Shown in pieces: positions 12,570 through 26,618 of a stretch of DNA of 64,000 nt. The first letter of the stretch is position 1; each line of letters begins with the position of its first letter. The DNA lies in assembly GCF_030144855.1 (NCBI RefSeq), contig NC_082731.1:9982001-10046000 (forward strand). The letters are read 5' to 3'. This stretch comes from Hypanus sabinus. Taxonomy: Eukaryota. The position numbers were made by a program, and so were the translations under genes. The notes below the pieces were generated by a model that did no database searches, was not told the DNA's origin, and was given only the letters and a program-made list of their open reading frames with translations.

Positions 12570-14960
12570 ACATAAGACTATAAGAGATAGGACCAGAATT
12601 GGGCCATTCAGCCCATTGAGTCCTCTCTGCCATTCCATCATGGCTGATCCCAGATCCCACTTAAACCAATACACCTACCTTCTCACCATAATCTCCAATC
12701 CCTGGCCAATCAGGAAGCTATCAATGTTCTTTTTAAAAATACCCACGGTCTTGACCTCCACAGGCGTCTGTGACAGTGTATTCTGCAGATTCACTACTCT
12801 CTAGCTAAGACAAGTCTTCCTTAACTCTGGTCTAAAGGGTCGGGTCGCCTCTCAATTTTGAGACAGTGCCCTTTAACTCTGTACACCACCATGGGGAATG
12901 CTCTCTCCCATATCCACCCCTCCTTATCTAGACCTTTTAACATTCTGTAGGTTTCAATGAGAGACACATGCATTCTTCTGAATTTTAGTGAGTACAGGGC
13001 CAAAGATGCCAAACGTTCCTCATAATTTAACCGCTTAATTTCTGAAATCTTTCTTGGGAACCTCCTCTGGATTCTCTCCAATGACAACACATCCTTTCTG
13101 AGATAGTGGCCCAAAGCTATTGACATTACTCCAAGTATAGCCTGACTAGTGTTGTATAAAGCCTGAGCTTTATCTCCTCATGTTTCATATTTTATTCCCC
13201 TTGAATGTTTGTCAACATTGCATTTGCTTTCGTTACCAAAGTCTCAACCTGTAACTTAACCTTTCTGGAGTCTTGCACGAGGATTTCTGAGTTCATTTGC
13301 ATTTCCGATATTTGAATTTTTTCCCCATTTAGATAATAGTCTGCACTTCTGTTACTTTTAGCAAAATATATTGTCATACATTTCTGAATACTGTATTCTA
13401 TCTGCCACTGTTTTGCCCATTCTTCCAATCTGTCTAAGTCCTGCTGAATCACATTGCTTTCCCGGCACCATCTACCCCCCACTCCCACCACCTGTTTTCG
13501 TGTCATCTGCAATCTTTGCCACAAAGCCATTAATTCCATGATATATATCACTGAAAAAGAATGTGAAAAGTAGTGGTCCCAATACTGATACCTGAGTAAC
13601 ACCACTGGTCAAGAGCATCAAACCAGAAAAGGATTCCCTTTATTCCCATCTTGCTGCCTCCTGCCTGTCAGTCATTTCTCTATCCATGCCCGTATATTTC
13701 CTGTATGTGAGTCTATCTTGTTAAGCAGCATTCTGAAAACCCAAGTAAGTGGAATCCACAGCCTCTCCATTATCCACACTGCTTCTTACTTCCTCAAAGA
13801 TCTCTAACAGAACTCTCAGGCAAAATTTCCCACTGCAGAAATCATGCTGACTTTGAATTATTTGATCATGTCACCAAATACCCCGAAACCTCATCGTTAA
13901 TAATGGACTCCAACACGTTCTCAACCACTGAGGTTCAGCCAATTGTCCTATAATTTCCTTTCTTTTGCATTCCTTCTTTCTTAAAACAGTATTGACATTT
14001 GAATTTTTCCAGTCCTCCAGAACCATGCAAGAATTAAATGATTCTTGAAAGATCATGAACAATGCATCTGCTATCTCTTCATCTACCTCTTTCAGAACTC
14101 TAAAATATAGTCCACCTGGTCCAGGTGATTTAACTATCTTAAGACCTTTAAGTTTGCCTAGTACTTTTTCCTTTGTAATAGCAATAGCATTTATTCCTGC
14201 TGTCTGACACTCACGGACCACTGCACTCTACTAGTGTCTTTCACAGTGAAGACAGATGAAAAGTACTCATGAAGTCCATTTGTCATTTCTTTACCCCCCC
14301 CCCCACTTCTGCCTCACCGGTATCATTTTCCAGTGCTCCAATATCAACTATCACTCCACTTCTACTCTTCATATAACTGAAAAAAAAACTTCCAGTATCT
14401 TGCTTTATTGGCAAGTATGCCCTCATATTTCGCTTGTTTCTCTTCTTATAGATTTTTTTTAGTTGTCTTTTGTTGAATTTTTAAAACTTCCCAGTCACCT
14501 GACTTCTGACTCACTTTTGTTACATAAAATGCACTTTCCTTGGTTTTTATGCAGCCCTCAACTTTCCCTGTCAGCCATGGCTGCCTACCCTTGTCAATTG
14601 GGAACTACGTCTTCTGTGGGACATACCTATCCTGCGCCTTGTGAACTATTCCCAGAAACATCAGCCACCTCTACTCTGCCGTCATCCCCCTCCATTCCAG
14701 CTGGGAAAGCTCCTCTATCATGTCTCTGTAATTGCTTTTATTCCACTGTGATACTGTTACATCTGACTTATACCTTGTCCTCTGAAACAGCAGTCTGAAC
14801 TCAAATATATTATGATCACTCTCCCCTAAGAGTTCGTTTACCTTAACTCCTTAATAATATCTGGGTTCTTACACAACACCCAGTCTAAGATAGCCTTAGC
14901 CAAGTAGGCTCAAGCACAAGCTACTCTGAAAAGCCATCTCGAAGGCATTCAACACATTTC
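12570..14960 (-). mobile_element. Degraded CR1 LINE (RT and 3' end)
   Basis: Minus-strand ORFs 12821-13126, 13192-13605 and 13871-14221 carry LRKDVLSLERIQRRF, DLDRLEEWA and KSPGPGGLY motifs. Confidence 0.85.
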
Positions 14961-15670
14961 CTCTCTTGTGATCCGGATTTTCTTGTGATCTTCTCATTTT
15001 CCCCATCCCCTTACCTATTTAAGTTCCCTTTTACAATGCTGACATTACCTTGCAATCCAATCAATAACAGGGACCCTGCTGTGCAATGTCAACTGAGTGC
15101 ACAGGAAGGCACTCAAAAGCGGTAACCCAGAAAAATGTATCTCACTTCAATGGAGGCCGATTTTAGGTGTAGGTTTTGTAATTGGGAAAGCAATGTCTAG
15201 ATACAATGCTGCTTTGGATCCCTTCAACTTTTACCATAATTGTAGCATCTGTTTTGCTCAGAGTACGGTCTGTTTTAACTTACTGCCTGAAGGGACATGT
15301 TAGACAATTGTAGCGCCAGGCTGCCTCTATATCATGTGATTTATTACCATATGGAACTGTAATTATAATAATAATCCTGTTGTTTTACGGCGATATTAAA
15401 TTTATACTCATTGTACTTTTCAATGTAGTATTTTGCTTTTTGGTGGAATGTATTAATGAGGATGTTTCAGGAAAGAGGTAAACATGATACATCTTTGGTC
15501 AATACCATGATTTGCAACACAAAATGTAAGTTTGTACGATAAAATGGTGTCATATGTGAATGTGGTGACCAGAATGGAATGTGCCTGAACTCATATCCTT
15601 GAGATTAAATATTGATGAAGGATGTTTTCTTTCTTGCATTCTGTTGGCTCCGTTTCTAAGTCATGTAGAG

Positions 15671-15675
<5 letters not shown>

Positions 15676-15751
<76 letters not shown>

Positions 15752-15752
15752 G
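15676..15752. repeat. (GA)n microsatellite
   Basis: Directly visible. Confidence 0.98.
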
Positions 15753-15929
15753 AAGATCCCCAGTATGTCACGAATGAATGAGCAGTCGGGAAGAGAACCA
15801 CTCGTCCACTACTTTTGCTTATGTTCTTTTTTTATCTCTCTGTATCACTGGAGGAGTTAATATTCTTTTAAATCTGTTCTAGTTTGATTTCTGAAATGAG
15901 TCCTAATCACTAAACGATAAATATTTGAT

Positions 15930-16440
15930 CAAAATTCAAGATTCAAGATTGTTTAATGTAATTTCCACAACACAAGAGTCAAGGAGAACAAAATAATTGT
16001 TACCCCAGATCTGATGCAGGTCAAAAAAAGCACAGTAACATACATATCACAATAAATATAAGTATGTAAGATAGATTATGGGCTTGGATTGGTCGTATGC
16101 CCATAAAATATGGCTAGCCATAGGGTTGTCTGTGCATAAGGTGCCTGAAAGGAAATTTTGATGTTGTGGTGGTTGGGGTTATGAAGGGATGGGTTGGTGG
16201 TCGGACGTATTGATCGGACGTACTGTTTATGGAAACTAACTGTTTTTTTCTCTGATGGTCCTGGCAAAGTTGCTACATACCCGCCTCGCTGAAGAGAGAG
16301 AGACAGACAGTCCATAAGCGGGGTGACTGTGATCTCTCATGTTTTTACTGACCCTTGTACATATGTCGTTGATTGTGGATAAGCTGGGAACTGCACTGCG
16401 ACGGTCAGGAAAGCTCTACACAGGTAGTCAAAACTGCCCA
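15930..16440 (-). mobile_element. Rex1/Babar-like LINE 3' fragment
   Basis: (ttcaaga)n tail at about 15935-15950; body resembles the Rex-type elements at 40840-42690. Confidence 0.55.
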
Positions 16441-17819
16441 ATGCATTACTGGCAAACATCCATAATTTAAACATGATACATAAATCAAGAAAATTGATTT
16501 ATCTCTACATTACAGGAACACAGATTCTGACAGATTAATGCATTCTTACTGCTCCACACCTTTACTGATTTGTATCACAGCATCTGCAGAACAACTCCCT
16601 CGTCTCACATGATGGTGTTGAAATCATTTGTTTATTTTGCCACTATTACTCCCTCGAAAATTGATGGAGATTTTACCCTTGTTATCACTGCCTCGCACCT
16701 TTTGCTTTTCCTCCTGCTCTTGCGGTTTCCATGGTTCAGTCGTAGTCTGAATCGCTATGTTGGTTTAATTGTGGATATCGAAATGCATGACATGGTGCGG
16801 GTTCGTCCCTGATTTACATAATAATGCTTTTGCACCTGCAAATTCTTAGAATCTGGAAGATAATCATAAATATTTCCTCAGATAGTAAAATTACTGAAGG
16901 ATTTATTATAATAATTAATTTCGTTATGCTGTGATCGATCCACAAATAGATAGCAAGAGTTGTAAATATGTAATTTATTTAGATCCCTTTAATTCGAAAT
17001 AAACGTTCATCGTGGAGAATGTGATGATACGTTGTGGCAAAACAGTGCGCAGCTGATCAAGTGGAAGTTATTGGCCTGTGACTGAGCACTGGAGCCATGC
17101 AGGCATCTGCCGTATTATGGCGAATTAATATCTTGGGCCTAAACTTAAAAGCTTATTAGTCATTTGGAGGTCCGGGTTTTGTTGTATGTTTTATTTTCAA
17201 TGCCTAATTGTTAAAATTCTGTGTCTGTAATTAGCATGTCTTATCCGTAAACAGATCGTCCATTTGAAGACATTAGTAGATTTATCTTCAAAGTCTACTG
17301 CATCCATTTACTGGGAAGAAATTTCAGCTCTGGTTTGTTTGGCAAATGTATATTCTAACTTCTCTCCAAACTTGCCTGACTTTAAAGGCAGATAAGTTGT
17401 CACGACAACAATTTCTGACTGAAGAGTTTTCAGAGGTGTTGGAACAGCCATGATGTAGGCTATGCTCCCACCTTCTCTATGGTGCCAAAGATCTGCAAGT
17501 TCACTGAATGTAAAACAGCCGATATTGGGACATAGAACAGCTGTGAGAAACATCTCAGTCTTTGTCGACGGCAAGGTAACAGGCCTTGTTCTGGAGCGAT
17601 TATTGATGGTTTAGTAAATGGATGCTGTATTGACTTTTTGTGAATGAGGCAGTTCCTTGTTTTAGTTCCCTTACAAAAACGCAGGTGAGCTGAGATATTG
17701 GAAACTGAAGGTATAATATCTCAGAGTACACCTATCAGTTCAAATGACACCCCTGGAAGCTTAGCATTCCTGGTATGGAGCTTTCAGACAAGATAAAGTG
17801 GGCAGTTAAAAACGAAAAG

Positions 17820-18720
17820 CTATACAGAATACTGAAGGAACTCAGCAGTTCACGCGGAATTTATGGAATGAAATGAACAGCAGACATTTCCTCCACCGAG
17901 GATACTGCAGTCATCCACATCTCCTCCATTTCCAGAACATCCACGGTTACCTGCCCCCTGAGGAATATAATTGCGCTTGTCCTCTGCTTCCACCATATGA
18001 GTTGCCGCAACTGACACATCATTCTCTGAAAATTTCGTCATCTGCAACTGGACCCTGCCACCAAGGCATCTGTATCAGCTCCTGCCCTACTCCCGCTTTC
18101 TGCAGGGATTGCGCCCTCTGTGATTCCCTTGTCTATTCATCGATCTGCACTAATGCCCTTCCTGGCAATTAGCCTGTAAGCGGCAGAAGAGCAACACCTG
18201 CCCATTCACTTCCCTTTGACTTCTATTCAGGGCCCCAAACAGTCCTTCCAGCGGAGGCAACACTTATCCTGCATATCTATTGCGGTCATTTCCTGTATTC
18301 AGTGCTCTTGATGCGGCCGTCTCTATATTGATGAAAAACGACGTACCGCTTTGGGCGAACACTTTGTCAAGCCCCTCAGCTCTATCGCTAAAAGCGAGAT
18401 ATTTGGATAGCCAGTTTCAATTCCTGTCACCATTCCCGTTCCAGCATGTCAGTCCATGGCCTCCTCTTCTGCCCCGAAGATGCCATTCTCAGTTTGGAAG
18501 AGCAACAACGCACATTCCCTCTAGTTAGCCTCTCACCTAATGGCATGAACTTCGATGTCTCCAACATCCAGTTATTAATTTCCCTGCCTCTTCATAACTT
18601 CCCCACTTTGGCCTCTTGCCTCTTTTCCTCAGCTGCCTATCACTTCCAATGGGAACCCTCTTCCTTCCCTTTCTCCCATAGTTCACTTTTCTCTCCTATC
18701 AGATTTCTTCTTCGCCAGCA
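17820..18720 (+). mobile_element. Penelope-like element 3' part (GIY-YIG) with family-type terminal sequence
   Basis: IQGPKQSFQ...CIQCS.CGRLYI.E motif at about 18225-18340; the start matches the palindrome-family arm (gaactcagcag...tatggaa). Confidence 0.75.
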
Positions 18721-19539
18721 GTCGCTGGAATTTAGAAGGATCGTGGGGATCTCATTGAAACCTTCCGAACATTGAAAGTCCTAGACAGAGTAGATGTGGA
18801 AAGCGCGTTTCCCTTGTTGGGGGAATCTAGTTCAAGAGGACACAGCCTCAGACTAAAGGGGAGTCCATTTAAAACGGTGATGTGGAAAAATTTCTTTAGC
18901 CGGGAGTAGTGAATTTGTGAAATTTGAGGCAGATGGATTTTATTCCAAACATGTTCGGGATGTTGCATTTCAGTAGGACAAACCAGGGTTTGGAATATTG
19001 TGTGCAGTTTTGCATTCCATGCGTTTGCCAACAAAAGATCTAGTATGCCTTCGTCAATATCTTTATTCTCTAACCACGAAACCTAAATCCTAATCACTGG
19101 TCCAAATCACTCAGTTCCTGTTGTTCAGATGCCTGACAATAGACCATGTACCAGACAAGTTTTGATACGGAAAGAGATTAAAACGCGGTCAACAGGAGTT
19201 GAAGGATTTATTCAAAATTTCCTTTGGAAAATGCTGCACCTAACTGATTCCTAAACATTCCATGCCTGTCACTGTTTTAAGTGGTGACGCAGTGCGAGTG
19301 ATCATACTGAGAATCTTGCACTCAAGTACACTGATATCCAATATAAACGGCAAAAGAACCACATCCCATTCACAATCACACATCATCCAGTTCTTCCTCC
19401 TCATATGAGGTACATTCTGGGGTCTAAACAAAACCTTTGGTCTGTAAAGCAGTCCTCTGAGTTATGTTACTTTATGGAGCTGAATTATGGAGCAGGATCC
19501 TGAAAAGCCCCTGAAAAATGCCACCAAATAAACTTACGA

Positions 19540-20000
19540 TATGTTTCGAGGATATGCTGGAAGGGCAGACGCACTACAGCACTGGAGGAAGATTACAAGA
19601 ACAACACCTCCACCACGATAATGCAACACCATCACCGATGGATAGATCATGTAAATCAAATACCTAACCCTCTTCTCCCGAAACAAATACTTTACTCTCA
19701 GTTGAATGACGTGATCTGATTGCAGAGGAAACGCTTCCAATACATCATCAAAATCAGACTGAAGAAAGTCAACATTACATCTACAAACTGAGAAGACATT
19801 GCACTCAGTTCATGTACCTGGAGGAACAATGTTCCAGATGGAACTGCGATACATGCGAGTACCTGCACTGAGCCGCAAGGAACATAGGGGAGTTGTGAAA
19901 GGAGAGACAGAACAAGCAAAAGACCCAACTGCTAACCAGAGCTCTTGTTCTGTGTTCAAACTGCGAAGAGTTCTGCAAAACACATTTCCATTTATCCCGT
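19540..20000 (+). mobile_element. RTE-clade LINE 3' fragment
   Basis: HHRWIDHV...LPKQILYSQL...RKRF matches the RTE/BovB-type ORF C-terminus. Confidence 0.7.
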
Positions 20001-20810
20001 AGTCCTTAATAACTGTCTTTTTTTCTTCACTGTGCTTTTCAAGGTTCAGCATTTGACAATAACTAGAAACAGTTAATCTTTTTCCAAATCTTCCACAGCA
20101 TTTGGTTTATAAATCGTTGCCGTTCATTTTCTCACTGAGTAGATATATGGCTGACCTCACTAATTCCTCAATGAATTCTTCCAAATATCTTGACTACATC
20201 TTTATATCACGAGGCTTAAATTGCAACTGAGCATCATAAACCTATCATGATTCTCTAAAACAGCAGCAGACAGTATATTTTTGCACTCCAGTGTGTAAGG
20301 TACAGTGCATCTTTGTTGGATGGGTTTCAATTCCACAATGATTGAAATTGGAATCAGAATGTAATTGGAATCAGTGATGTTTATCATCGCTGACATCGTG
20401 AAATTTGTTGTTTCATAGCAAAGGTATAGTACAAGACATAAATTATTATAACTTACAATAAATAAACAAACAAACACAAGCAGAATAACAAGATTGTGTT
20501 GATAGTTTTAAGGATTGTTTATCTATCTGATGGCTCAGAGTCGGTGTTCAGGCTCTAATTCTTCTCGATGCAATAATAAGCAGAGGGTATGTTTCAGATG
20601 GTGAGAGTGCTTAGTGATGGATGCCGCCTGAGGAAGATATTTATGATTGTGGAACTATTATGTCTGTGCTAGAGTTGACTGAGCCTCTAACCCTCAGCAG
20701 CCTCTTTCAATAATTCACTTTGAAGCAACTACAACAGACTAGACTATATAACCAGTCAGAGCATTCTCCACCGTACATATGTTGAACTTTGCTGGAACAT
20801 TTGGTGATAT

Positions 20811-21870
20811 GCAAAGGGTAGCAGTGAATGGGTGTTACTCGGACAGGCTGGAGGTGACTAGCGGGGTACCGCAGGGCTCTGTATTGGGACCACAGCTCTT
20901 TACGATTTATGTCAATGATTTAGATGAGGGCATTGAAAACTATATCAGCAAGTTTGCTGACGATACTAAACTGGGTGGCAGTGTGACATGCGAAGAGGAC
21001 GTTAGGAGAATACAGGGAGACTTGGATAGACTGGGTGAGTGGGCAGATACTTGGCAGATGTCATTCAATGTGAATAAATGTGAAGTTATCCACTTTGGAA
21101 GCAGGAACAAGAGGGCAGAGTATTGTCTGAACGGTGTCGAGTTAGGTAAGGGAGATATGCAAAGAGACCTAGGGGTCCTAGTTCACCAGTCAATGAAGGT
21201 GAATGAGCAAGTGCAACAGGCAGTGAAGAGGGCAAATGGAATGTTGGCCTTTGTTACAAGGGGAATTGAGTACAAGAGCAAGGATGTCCTTTTGCATTTG
21301 TACAGAGCCCTGGTGAGACCACACCTGGAATATTGTGTGCAGTTTTGGTCTCCAGGTTTAAGGAAGGACATTCTGACAATTGAGGAAGTGCAGCGTAGAT
21401 TCACTGGGATGGCAGGGCTGTCTTACGCAGAGAGATTGGAGAGATTGGGCTTGTACACACTGGAATTGAGGAGATTGAGAGGGGATCTGATTGAAACGTT
21501 TAAGATAATTAAAGGATTTGATAGGATTGAGGAAGGAAATATGTTCCAGATGTTGGGAGAGTCCAGTACCAGAGGGCATGGATTGAGAATAAGAGGTCAG
21601 TTATTTAAAACAGAGTTGAGGAAGAGCTTCTTCTCCCAGAGAGTTGTGGAGGTGTGGAATGCACTGCCTCGGAAGACGGTAGAGGCCAATTCTCTGGATG
21701 CTTTCAAAAAGGAGCTAGATAGATACCTGATGGATAGGGGAATCAAGGGATATGGGGACAAGGCAGAGACTGGGTATTGATAGTGAATGATCAGCCATGA
21801 TCTCAGAATGGCGGTGCAGACTCGAGGGGCCGAATGGTCTACTTCTGCACCTATTGTCTATTGTCTATTG
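20811..21870 (+). mobile_element. Young 5'-truncated CR1 with uninterrupted RT C-terminal ORF, inserted into a Rex-type element
   Basis: ORF 20779-21780 (SGVPQGSVLGPQLF, KFADDTKLG), (CTATTGT)n tail at 21851-21870, and TSD TGATAT at 20805-20810 and 21869-21874. Confidence 0.92.
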
Positions 21871-22018
21871 ATATCCCAAAGCTCCTCAAGTGCCTAATTC
21901 CTGATTCCATCAATGTGTTGTGCCCAGGATAGTTGCTCTGAGATTACGTCACCCGGTAGCTTATCTAGTATCTATTGCTTATCTAATTCACCACGGTCCC
22001 ATCAACTACCGAAGGACC

Positions 22019-25000
22019 AAATCACATTTCAAAAACTTGAAAAAATCTGCAGAAGAGTTGATTGGCCCACGACTGCATTGATAGTAGTTTTGTCATATAG
22101 AGTACTGAAAAGCTGAACAAATGCGAAGAGTTCTTTCCATGTACTTGATGCATTTGATGGCATATTTGATTGAACTTTAGGTCTATTCACTGAAATCACA
22201 ACTATGTTGGAATTGTTTTTGCAAAGTCAAAAGCCGTCTTACTAGCCACTACTTCTCCATCTCTTCGACGAATCTATCAAACCCAGAGACTTGCCGTCCA
22301 GTGCTCCGACAATTGTTTCAATACTACTGACCTGCCAATTGTAATTGTGACGAATGCTCCCATCCTTTACATTTTTTTGGTCTCCGACACTTTCTCGAGT
22401 GTAACCTCTGACACAAAATATATATTTTAACAAATCATCTGCCATATTCTTGTTTTCCATTATTAATTCCACCATTCTTTGGAGAAGCAGAGTTTTTGAA
22501 ATTTTGCTCAGTGTCTATTTGGAGCCCAGAAACTATATTGTGAATGTGTGTATATGGATTTCTGAATTTTATTGGAGCGCGGTTGCAAACTGATCACTGT
22601 ATTGCTTCTGAAGCCACCGTACAAGCTAAATGTGTTGAGAAGCCACAGAAGAAATCTCAATTAAATCAAATGCTTACATTTGTCCAACATCCAACTGTCT
22701 TACGCAGAGAGGTTAGAGAGACTGGGCTTGTGCACGCTGGAATTAAGGCGAGTGAGAGGGGATCTGATTGAAACATATAAGATTAGTAAGGGATTGGACA
22801 GGATAGAGGCAGGAAATAAGTTCCAGATGCTGGGAGAGCCCAGTACCAGAGGGCATGGTTTATGAATAAGGGGTAGGTCATTCAGGACAGAGTTAAGGAA
22901 ACACTTCTTCTCCCAGAGAGTTGTGGGAGTCTGGAATGCACTGCCTCGGAAGGTAGTGGAGGACAACACTCTGGATGCTTTCAAGTAGGAGCTAGATAGG
23001 TATCTTTTGATAGGGGAATCAAGGGATATGGGGACAAGGCAGGAACCGGGTATTGATAGTAGTTGATCAACCATGTTCTCAAAATGGTGGTGCAGGCTCG
23101 AAGGGCCAAATGGTCTACTTCTGCACCTATTGTCTATTGTCTATCATCAAGTGAATGCCCATTGAATATGCTTATGACTTTGATTTTTCAACGCAGTGCA
23201 GATGGCAGTTCCGGTCACAGAAACAGCTCTACAAGACTACTGCCACCTCCGCCCACCTATTGTATCTGTCACCCTGGGGTATAATTGTATTCACATATTA
23301 TTATTCACATCGCAGAGTTTTACTTCCTGAAAGTTAAGTCTTCTCAATGCAGCACGGGGCAAACCCGACTTCAGATGTTGCGGTCACCAATACAGAACAG
23401 ATGGGCGATAATGGATGGCAATTGAAAATAGATGCGCAGGGGTCACTTACTGGTCCTTTGACACGTTACACTCTTTTACTGGGCTGTTCTTTCATGACAC
23501 AATGTTGGAGCGAAATAATGAATATTTTTTCAAACCTCCATGCACTGCTTTGAACCATCAACCTCGTTACTTCAAGACACTGATAATGTGGTACAAAGAA
23601 TTAAATAGACTAGACTTTTTGCATGAATAAACATATTTAAAGTCACGGCAATGCCATCAATCGAAAGTGTTCTTGTTAGACTGTGAAAATTATGAATATT
23701 GGTTTCAATTTGTTTTCAAATCTTTCTGCTCTTTAGTCATTGCACTGAAGCGGATAGCACAATTAGTTTCAAGTGATAATAAAGTATTTAGTTGTGCCCG
23801 TTAAAAGATTTGGCAACCTTACATAGCGCCATGAAATCGGCATGGCTTTATCACATAACACGGTCTCCAATCTTGGTTTCATCTTCCGTGCAATTTATTC
23901 AGTCGATTGTCACTAACAGGAATTAATATTCCAGAATGAAGTAAAGAATAAACATGCGATTAACGAGCTTCGGAGGTAGACAGGGATTTGGGTAAATAAA
24001 TAAAATTTTTGGACAGTGTGACAGGTATCATTATGTTTTGTAAATTTGAGAAAATAATATATAATGTAAGTGTTCTTGTGTTAAGAGGAACTAGGAAGTT
24101 AAAGAATTGGATATATATTGGCTCAACTACATTGCACGTTTACAACAAGCAACCAAGAGTAAAATTCTGCTCACGGTCTTGGCGGGATCATAATGGTAAA
24201 TAGAGCCCCTGCCAAATTCTTCGTGGGTCTTCAGTTGGATAGACTATTGACATATGTGGGAAGGCCTTTCGATTGATTATCTGATACACATCGTTTTTAA
24301 AGTTCAACGATTTAGATACAAAAGACCATAAGACTATAGGGCATGGAACATATTTCCTCAATGAATTACAATGTCAATTTGGTGTGAAAGGATCATAGAT
24401 TCCAACTGGTTTTTGCAAAGTTGGAATACAAAAGTGATGGGCATTATTGTTTGAAGTACTCTTCGTATTATACATTCTACATTCCGAAAAGTAGTAATTT
24501 GGGGATTTGGTGTCGTAGCGTAACAAGTTTATTCTGATTTTTACCCAGAGCAAGGGAGTCCTTTCCCTTCACATCCATCTTTCTTCGGAAGCAGGCAGCG
24601 TCTTCCCTTCATTTTGCTCTCCAAGCATATGTTGAACATGAGGATATGTTCTGATTCGCGCATTGAATCTACTAAACTTTCCTTGATTAAATCCCAATTC
24701 ACTTAAATATAACCTTGTAATTAGCGAGCCACAGTTTTGATTCATAATCTACTGGACACTGCTGCTTTTAATCTATCCTGTGCCAAGACCTCATTTCAAC
24801 AGTCATTTTCACTACAACAATCGTTAGTCCGAGCAACACAACAGAATGCTGGAGGAACTCAGCAGATCAGGCAGCATCCATGGAAAGTACAGTCAACGTT
24901 TCGGGTCACAGCCATAGATGCTGTCTGACCTGCTGAGTTCCTCCAGCATTTTATGTGTGTTGCTTTGTTCTCCAGCATCTGCAGATGTTCTCTTATTTGT

Positions 25001-26618
25001 GATTGAATCTTTAATCTGAGATCCTCAGAAGGACGACTTACGTCTCAGCGTAAGATTGTTCTTATATTTCGTCAAGCTGGACTGATTTCCAGAGTATATC
25101 AGTTTGTAACTACTAACGCCACTATACCAATGTAAAATTACCAAAAACCTACGATCTATAATGATGGGTCAAACAGAATCAAAATCTATAATGATTGTTA
25201 ATCTGGCTTTTATATACTCCGCTTATGATAATAAGTTCAAGTCATTTTATTTGATTGTTAATGTTAATAATCAGAGCTTTTAATTCTAATTGAGCTAATA
25301 ATGCATAATTATACTCATCCGTTCGGCCAGCATATGATTCACCCACCCCCCCCCCATACACGCACACAGAATTCTCTGTATTTTCATGTGCCTGTGCAAG
25401 ACCATCCTGAACATTTCCATTGTATCTGTATCTGCCATCAGCCTGAGTCGAGCATTCCAGACACACATCACTCTCCATGTAAAACACATGCGCCGCATAT
25501 CTCTTTTCAAATTTCCCTCAAACCATAAATATATGTCCTCTAGCACTACACATTTCGATCCTGTTGGAAATATTTCCGCTGCTTAGTCTTTCTATGCTTC
25601 CCATAAATTTATAAGTGCTTTCAGGTTTTCTCTTGCCACGTTAGTCAAGAGTAAACAATTTCTGTTTCCAAAGCTCTCCTTATATCCCATACCCTCTAAT
25701 CCAGGCAGCATTCTCCTAAACTTCTTCTGCATTACTGATGCATTACTTCCTGATGCTTGAACACTTTTCTCTGATTAATAAAGGCAAACATTACATTTAT
25801 CTTCTTTACTATCCTATCAAATGGGCTGCAACTTTGAGATGTCGACATGGATTCCCATGATCGCTCCGTACCTCAAAGTTTGAAAGGATCCTGTCGCTAA
25901 CTGTGTAGATGGGACTTTACATTGGATCTTCAAGAATGCAGAATCTATATTTGCAGGGCTAAATCTCTGTCTGAGTTTTCTCTGCAATTTCTGCAATTGA
26001 TCTATTTTCTGTTCTAACACTTGGCAAGCCTTTGTATTATCCATAATACTACCTTCCTTCCTGCCATCTACAAACTTACTATTCCCCACATCAACGGTTG
26101 TGTTAAAGCGATGTGTATGAATATATAATCACAAACATCGAAAGTCGTAGAACAGAACATTAGTGACATACTCGCAACTAGAATAAGAGCCATTCATTAC
26201 TACACTCTGTCTTCTGTAGGCAACAGAATTATGAATGCAAATGGCCAAGTCTCTCTGGATGCAGTGCTTCGTAATATTCTATACGAGATTCCCAAGAATG
26301 GTCTTGTCGAATATCTCACTGAAACCTACGTAGACGTATACTATCTCTATCTGTACCAATCACTTCCATCTTCTCGAAAAACTCAGAGATGTTACTCAGA
26401 CATGATCTGCTTTTGCACAACACCATACTGACCATCCCTAAATAGGCCATGTTTTTCCAATTGCTCATAAATTCTGTCCCTAAGAATCATCTTATTTGTT
26501 CCCCTTCCTCTGTCATGAGACCCACCAATTTATTATTTCAAAATTATCGCCATCTCCATTTTTGAGCAAAGGAGCAACACGGGCTACACACACCTGCCCT
26601 GAGATACACATTCCTTGA
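22019..26618. repeat. Tandem segmental duplication, copy A
   Basis: Collinear with 26619-30170 from aaatcacatttcaaaa onward; about 7-8% mismatch in two short windows counted by hand. Confidence 0.92.
22695..23144 (+). mobile_element. CR1 3' fragment present only in duplication copy A
   Basis: Same subfamily and CTATTGT tail as 20811-21870. Copy B is uninterrupted at 27290-27305 (ccaacatcaaggtg). Approximate TSD CATC(C)AA. Confidence 0.9.

Noticed and set aside
17308-17574. 88-aa minus-strand ORF in non-repeat sequence and nearby ACAAAAACG (17673-17681)
   Set aside because: No domain motifs or splice support, and the nonamer has no heptamer at 12 or 23 spacing.
19240-19431. Minus-strand acidic stretch TPECTSYEEEELDDV* resembling an Ig TM spacer
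   Set aside because: No correctly spaced hydrophobic helix follows in any frame.
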